Of a DNA stretch of 64,000 nucleotides, positions 56,637-64,000 are shown one piece after another. The DNA is from Amoebidium appalachense. Taxonomy: Eukaryota; Protista; Ichthyosporea. Numbering within the stretch: position 1 is the first letter of the stretch; each line of letters starts with the position of its first letter. The position numbers and the translations under genes are program-made. The notes under the pieces were generated by a model that ran no database searches, was not told the DNA's origin, and saw only the letters and a list, made by a program, of their open reading frames with translations. The stretch is taken from assembly GCA_963693365.1 (NCBI GenBank), contig CAVNZM010000017.1, forward strand, positions 5,632,708-5,696,707, read 5' to 3'.

Positions 56637-58024
56637 TGTGTGTGTATGTGTATGTGTGTGTATGTGTGTGTGTGTGTGTGTGTATGTGTGTATGTGTGTG
56701 TGCGTGACTGACTTATGTGCGTCGGTGTGGCCAATGTATGTGGATGTACATGTGCGCGCGACGGGTGTGTGAGAGCTTCGATTCGTGCTTGTGCCTCGAA
56801 TGTGCCTTGACAGTGTTCAAGTTCGGACTGGACTGGTTATGAGTGCCACAGGACGATGCTTATGCATTATGTAGACGTAGTTAGCCTTGTTTGCAAAAGC
56901 CTTTACTGCTTTACGGTATGCTGCATACTTCGCCAAGTGCATGAACAGTCTGTGTACAGTCCACACGTGTGATGATGCACTTGTAGTGCGAGCCAGCATT
57001 GCCACGGCGGCCGGCCATCATGGCATCGCTCCAGATCTACAGCTATGACGTCAAAGATGTGATAAGACAGGGCTCGAAGTGTTCTGCATGTACATATCGG
57101 CATGAAAATAATGTGGGGCTTCTCCAGGATCCTTAAAAAAGCCATTTATTGTTCGATAAAATTTCAACGAAATTTCAACGAACTTACAAATATCGAAACA
57201 TACGTATGTGAATTTTTATACCTTCAGGGTATCAGGCAGAAAGTTCTCCATTTGGCGCCAATGAGTCTAGAGTTTTACACCCTGGTAAAGACCTGAGTTA
57301 TCCCCATGACCAATCAACGTAGTGTCCACATATTAAAAATGATAATTAACGAATCCCTTGTCGTTAACAGGGTCTTTTTATAAGGGTGTATCAATGTTAC
57401 AGAGGCGCTGCAGGCAATCTATCGTAAAATATATTAGCGCAACAAAACAGGAATAAAGTTTTGATTCTTTTTCTTATGTTGGGTACATATTGCTTGTTTA
57501 CTAAACCTGTCGTGTTGGGCAAGGTTAGAAGTCCTAGCCAGTACGTTGGACTCAATACATCGCAATCTATGGCCAATCAAATCTTATTGAGAATGTTGCG
57601 ATTAACCGATAGATCCAGTCAACATCCAATACAAATGTCGAAAACAAATTCCAAAAGGTACAGGTAAGCTAATCAGAATGAAGTAAATATACGATTGGTT
57701 CTTTGAATAGAGGCCCTTAGATCTGAGGAATGCGCGGAATGCCTATGTGCGTCACACCTGCTCGTGCTCAAGTATAAAACCCTTCCCCTGCCCACAACAT
57801 CACTTTGTCTAGCTCGTTTCACGGCTGACGTTCTGAAAAACACAATCACATAATCACATTCATAAGGTGAAAGACACCAGCACACATGTATAGATATATA
57901 GAATAGCCTAGTGACCGGATATTTGTTCATCTTTTTACAGCCATCAAGACAGAGCCATCTCTAACACCCTCTCATTCCACATTAGTGCTCTCGGGTTTTC
58001 CGAATAGGAAAAGCGATAGTAAAA

Positions 58025-59168
58025 ATGGCCCAAGACACACACACACACACAACGGGTGTATTCCCTCGCCTGCTTTCCGTTCTTGCACTTGCATCAAATG
58101 TTGCACACGCTATTCCTGCTGTCAGCTCAAACACACCAACACACACACAAACAACCACACAAACACACCAAATCCCACAAACAACCACAACGCAACATGC
58201 AGCAATTTCTCCCGTGAATGCGCAAAACCCTAAACCCAGTATAAATGCAAGTTCCATATCCATCCCAGTGGCGCAGAAAAACACGCCCATAGTTTCTATG
58301 TCGAAGGCTGCGGTTACGGGGTCAATCGTGCCCACACACGTGCAGGGTGAGAAACGGAAGGTCGTAGAAGCAAAGAACACACCTCTGGCTCATTCTGTGA
58401 GTGTTAGTGTCGCAACGAAAATTTCTGTCTCGAATTCACTCAATCACGCTACATCGGTTGTTACTCCCAGCACATCCACTTATAAGGCGGCACACACCGG
58501 CGAAGTGAATAAGTCTTTGGTTAGGCAATCAAACACGGTTGTCAAAACAACAACTGTCTCTACCACTCATGCTTCCTCTGCGAAAATCACCACGACAATC
58601 AAGGGACCTATTTCACCGCCACCAACGAAAATTCAATTGCACACTGCATCAATCGTCCAATCCAAATCAACTATGAGCACCACAATCACACACCCGTCGA
58701 AGATCTTGCAATCACAGAGTGTGATTAAGAACATTTCACAACCACCGACACCAAATGCACAATCACACATTGCCTCCCCATCTGCAGCACAGGAAACTAA
58801 AAATGTGCACACTACCACCACCACAGTGACCAACCATCAAACAGCCCCAATTTCCGTTTCTCATGTTTCGTCGTCTATTCAGATAACACAGACCACCATT
58901 TCAACCACCGTACCGCACACACAAATTCTCGCACACACCACCACCACCACCACGACCCTTCCATCAAATTCAAAACCAGCTTCCTGGCCGGTTGTTGCTG
59001 CTCAGAGTGCGCAAACAGTAAACACCAACTGTGTTTCTTCCGCATATTTTGCAGACGAATCCAAACTCGTTGGTGAAAAGTGTCGCAGCGATTGTGATTG
59101 TGACGGGGGCAGAGTGTGTTCGAAGGACGGAAGGTGCAGTGGATCGATAGCTACGTGAGAACCCCCCC

Positions 59169-59199
<31 letters not shown>

Positions 59200-59280
59200 A
59201 AAAATAATAAAAAAAAAGAAAAAAAGAAAAAAAAAGGAAGAAAAAGAAGAAAAAAAAAAGAAGATGGTGATGAAGAAGAA

Positions 59281-59332
<52 letters not shown>

Positions 59333-59371
59333 GGGGGAGATTAAGAGAGGTAGAGATAGGAGAGGAGGGAG

Positions 59372-59410
<39 letters not shown>

Positions 59411-60699
59411 GAATGAGGGGAGGAAGAGGGAACCTAAAGGTAAAAGCCTTTAGAAAAAATCTTACAGAATACTCAAGCTTTCTTGTGTTTCCAAAGTATC
59501 TCGTTCGCCTAGTAAGGATTGGGAATGTTGGTGCTGAAAGCCATAAAATCTGCTTGTCTTTCCCCCTATTTTCCAAAAGCCCACTTCAATGTGAGAAGGT
59601 AACACAACGAAGGTAACAAAACGAAAGAAGGGGAAAAGCTTGCGGTAATACCCAGAATGAAAATAATGGAATGAAAAACACGTATTTTTTCCAACCTACC
59701 TAAATTTGATCGCAGGTGGATGGATTGGGTACCGTGCCCGAAGCAGTACAAGTCTGTGGGCCGAAAGTGTTTGCTGGATTGCACACAACCAGAATGGATA
59801 AAAACCAGAAAATGCACCGGTCCTACGGATTTTTGGATCACCCCCAGCCACGCAGCACGTACGTTCAATGTCTGCGAACCGGGATACCGGCTTGAAAATA
59901 CCGGAAAGTGCACGTGGGAGTGTACAGCCCAATCAAAGGCGTTGGGAGTGTGCGATGGCCCACTGGACTATATGCTAAATCCCGGGGCAAAGCTGGTGAC
60001 CCCTGGCCCGGCACCAAACGGTAAAAATGCTCCACTTTTAACACCCCCACCAGAAAAGTCGAAAATAAATAGACCCCCCACAGCCCACACACAGAATTTT
60101 TTATTTTTTTTTGGTGGGGGGGGGGGATGCCCGGGGGAAGGGGAGAAAGCAACAACCGCTGGAAGTGGGTTGGATGTGAAGCGATAGATTTGTGAATTGG
60201 GAGGATGAGGGTGTCGGTGGTGGTGGTGTGTGTTTGGGGGGTGTTTGATATAGAGATTTACATAGCTGAAATATGTGCTTTGGGTACTTTTACAGCGCAA
60301 ATCCTTCCGGTATCACATCAATGCGAAGTATACCATGATATAATTACCAGGAAACAAGACTAACCTAATGCACTCATGACATTTCTCCAATCACAGGTCG
60401 TGCTTTCAACAACATTGCATACCAGATGCCATCGCGCCAGAGCACGTACGGGGACGGTGAGCCACAGGGGGCGACAGATGGAAACAGGGGGAAGGACGTG
60501 GAAGGGTTGACAGGAACGTGCATGCAGACACGTGGAGAGGGGGAGATGGAGCCGTGGTGGCAGGTGAACGTGGGCAGGCAGATGGCTGTGAACTATGTGC
60601 GGGTGTGGGGGAGGAGAGATTGCTGCAGTGAGCAGTTGCAGGGTTTCCAGGTATTTACCCCCCCCCCCTCCCCCCTCCCCCCTTCCCCCATCCCCTCCC

Positions 60700-60731
<32 letters not shown>

Positions 60732-61291
60732 TTCCCCCCCCACACACACACACCGCCCTTCCCCCATCTCCCCTTTTCACCAACCCCCGAGACTAATGGT
60801 TGTTTTTTGTGCATGCTTAATCGCCTACTGTAACATCGTTGGTTATTAGAATAAGTGTGTAGCGGTTTGGGTTAGTTTGCTTTTGCGTCGGGAGATTCTG
60901 AAAGTTGAAGGGGGAGAGGGAGAGCTTGGGGGGGAAGAAGGGGGTGGGGTGGGACGGGTGGGGAGGGATGGGATGGGGGAGGGGATTAGTGAATTTGCCC
61001 TATTTAAATGTTATTTAGTGTCTGGGTTTTGCCATGGAAAGGGACACATTAGCATCCTTTACACGGATTTCAACTTTAATTATCACGCATTCCATTTTAA
61101 CATTTCGTTTTGTTAGGTTCTGGTGGACGGGGTCCTATGCGGGAACCATTCAAATCCCGCGCCCGCACCAGGCAGCTATGTGGATGTTGCTTGCAGCGGA
61201 TTGGTTGGTTCCACCGTACGTGTGCGTCTGCCCCGTTTTGGAATTCTTACTCTGTGTGAGGTCGAGGTCGATGCTTCCCCTGCCCATGGTA

Positions 61292-61330
<39 letters not shown>

Positions 61331-63674
61331 CCCCCCCCCCCCCCTCCCCCCCAACCAACCAACCCCTAAGTCCCCGGGGCAAAAAAAAAAAAAAAAAAAA
61401 AAAAGGAAATAAGAAAACGATACAAAACGGAAGATCTTTCTTACAGAATCCGATCTCAGCACCGTGGCGGCGGCGGCGATGTTTATGGGGTTGTAGAGAT
61501 TGTGCTTGCGTCGGGTAAAATTAGTTATTTGATTAATTAATTAATGAGTTATATTTAGTTTATTGGGGGGGGGGGGGGGGGGGGGGGGGAAAGAAATGGC
61601 GGTAACTAGAACAATTAAGTCTGATATACACACCGAAGCAATTTAGAAAGATTTCTGGGGATTAGAAAAATCTTTTTCGTGCCATTTATTGGGGACTTAT
61701 GCGTGATTTTTGACCAATCACCCTGCAGCCTGCCCAGCCAACTGTGACACGTGCCTGGCGTCCCAAAATAGCACCCAGTGCACACTTTGCACCAATGGCT
61801 ACACACTGAGCGCTGGCATGTGTGTGTGCACCGGAAAGGTCAACGGCACAGTGTGTGTCCCTGCAAAGGGTACTCCACCCCCCCCCCCCCCCCCACCCCC
61901 CCCACTACTCCCCCCCCCCCCCCCCCACCCCCCCCACCCCCTCCCCCCCTTCCCCCAATAATGACTTAGTAACAATAACAATAACAATAGGATGCTATGC
62001 AACACACCACAAAAATGGAAAATTGCTATAAAAAATAACAAAAAAAGCTAAGGACACCAAAAAAAAAAAAAAAAAAAAAAAAAAAGCCACCAAAAAAAAA
62101 AACAAAAAAAACCCCCGCGCATTTCACTTTCCGGAGAAGAGTGAGAGAAATCCTATGTGTCGTACCTTAAGCTATGCCGGCACCTATACGGCGCAAAAAT
62201 AATGATCGTCGTGGAGGTATTGACTGGGTGTGACTTGCAGCCAATGACGCGGCAAAATGCTCCGTGGGCTATTCCTATTCGATGGCGACTGGCAAGTGCT
62301 ACCTGATACCCAATCAGATGATGACCTTTGCCGATGCAAACAAGCACTGTGCCAGCCTGGCCAATCAAACACACGGATCTCTTGTGAGGTATGTGCTCAC
62401 TCGCAGTTAAGCTTCCTCCGTGTGTGCCCCCTCCTCCTTCCCCCCCATACACACACATCCGCCCCGCCCCGTTCCATTTTCAAAGTTCCCCCCCTCAACC
62501 CTTCCCCCCCTCCCCCCCCCCCCCCCACTTGCTGCAGTGCTCTCCTTTTTCTCCTCCCTTCCCATTCCCTATTATTTTTTTGCTATGGTAGAGCAAATCT
62601 CATCGAGAAAGGGTTATTCCCACCCTTCCCCTCCTTCTTCTTTCCCCACCTCCCTCTTCTTGCGCTCGTTCCTCCAACACTCAAACACATTTGTCTCCCG
62701 CCCCCCCCCAAGCATCCACAGCCATGACGAGTATGATACCATTATGGGACTCCTTCAGTCTGCCGGTGCCTTCTGGGAGGAACAGATTTGGATTGGCCTA
62801 CAGCTGAGTGGTAAAATGCCCCCTCCCCCCTCCCCCCTCCCCTCCCCAGGGGGAGGGGGTAAAATGCCCCCCCCCCCCTCCCCCCTCCCCCCCCTCCCCC
62901 CCCCCCCTCCCCCCCCCCCCCCCCCCCCCCAACCCCACACCCCAAACCACACTCACCCGCCCTTCCCTCGCCAACCAATAGAACACACGTACTTAAATGG
63001 TGGCAGCGATAAAGGACCAGGAAAAAGTTATTGTAATTGAGCAAAGTTGCAAGTCAATCTATCCACTAGAGGAACCACGGTGGCACCGAATTTCCAGTGC
63101 AAATAAATAATTACACACAGAAACGAGCCACGTGTACTAACAACCCCATTCCCTTCTCCCCCCTCCCCCCACTCTGCCCCCCCCCCCCCCCCCCCCCCCT
63201 CCCCCTCCCGTCCCTGCCCCTCCTCCTTGGGCAGGCAACATCACGGCCCCAGCCATTCTCTGTGCTGATTTGGATTCGTACACGTGCAACCTGAAAATTA
63301 CACAACTCGTAAGACCCCCCTCCTCCTTCCCTCCCCCTCCTCCCCTCCCCCCTTGCTACCCCTCTCCACACCTCTTCTCCTATGGCCTCCCCATTATACT
63401 TACAACCGCTAGTGTTTTATTTAAAAATCGAACCCCCGATTGTTCCCATCCCCACACCGATCGACATATACCCGAAAACGAAAAACTTTCTATGTAAGTG
63501 TGCTTCTTCTTGTTTCTGCTTTGCTCATAACCCCAAATTTGCAGTTGTAACACCACCCTTCCCCCGTGCTCTCTTTCCACCGTTCACAATTTACGGTCTC
63601 AAAAGTCATCTCAGGTTATCTGACCAATTACCTTCTTCCTTACCCTTTCGTCCCGTCTCTCCCTACCCTCCCCC

Positions 63675-63746
<72 letters not shown>

Positions 63747-63837
63747 AACAAAAAAAAAAAACAAAAAAAACAGTGGAGGGCTATGGGTGCGTGGGCCGAT
63801 GGAACTCCTGCCGATTATTTCTTTTGGAATGTCGTTG
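58025..63837 (+). CDS. Secreted mosaic lectin: signal peptide, Thr/Ser mucin-like stalk, Cys-rich modules, F-type lectin, furin-like repeat, C-type lectin (3'-partial, runs off window)
   Basis: Phase-consistent exons 58025-59154, 59716-60020, 60397-60650, 61117-61288, 61729-61869, 62241-62388, 62713-62810, 63235-63308, 63774-63837. FTL: NIAY..QST..ATDGN..PWWQVNVG..GRRDCC..LTLCEVEV. Furin-like: CPANCDTC..CTLCTNGY. CTL: C..GY..KCY..TFADANKHC..LVSIHS..WIGL..WADGTPADY..W. Confidence 0.85.
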
Positions 63838-63842
63838 GTAAC

Positions 63843-63878
<36 letters not shown>

Positions 63879-64000
63879 ACACACACACACCCTCCCCCCC
63901 CCCCCCCCCCCCTCCCCCCCCTCTACCCAACCTCCCCTCCCCGTCACCACCATCCTCCGGTCCGGATTTATAGCTGTGCACAAAGCAAAAACGGAAAAGA

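Noticed and set aside
56817-57145. Two short overlapping minus-strand ORFs
   Set aside because: No domain motif and no coherent splice structure.

Overview
Eukaryotic, very intron-rich genomic DNA dominated by (CA/GT)n, (GCAC)n and poly-C/poly-G tracts. Most ORFs in the supplied track are translations of these repeats. Splicing by eye with GT..AG junctions and phase checks recovers five genes. (1) A Ser/Pro-rich disordered protein with a single coding exon (3569-4882, +). (2) A 37-exon, ~1178-aa gene on the minus strand (40317->8877) with the unusual architecture F-BAR - PH - C2 - RasGAP - SH3 - degenerate SH2. (3) A minus-strand OTU-like protease + CXC + Myb/SANT-like + Zn-ribbon gene (>=45996->41491), possibly transposon-derived. 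(4) An intronless GT61-like glycosyltransferase (52750-54216, +). (5) A secreted mucin-stalk / F-type lectin / furin-like / C-type lectin mosaic gene (58025->past the window end, +). Two non-genic patterns stand out. The first is a strand-specific intron grammar: C-runs right after donors and (CA)n running into the acceptor AG. The second is a dispersed, structured, C-tailed repeat family carrying hammerhead-like CUGANGA/GAAAC motifs, lying sense to the host transcript, including a 300-bp direct-repeat pair. The domain content suggests a holozoan or other opisthokont (inference only). Domain calls come from motif recognition, with no database searches, and homopolymer lengths may be sequencing-inflated.
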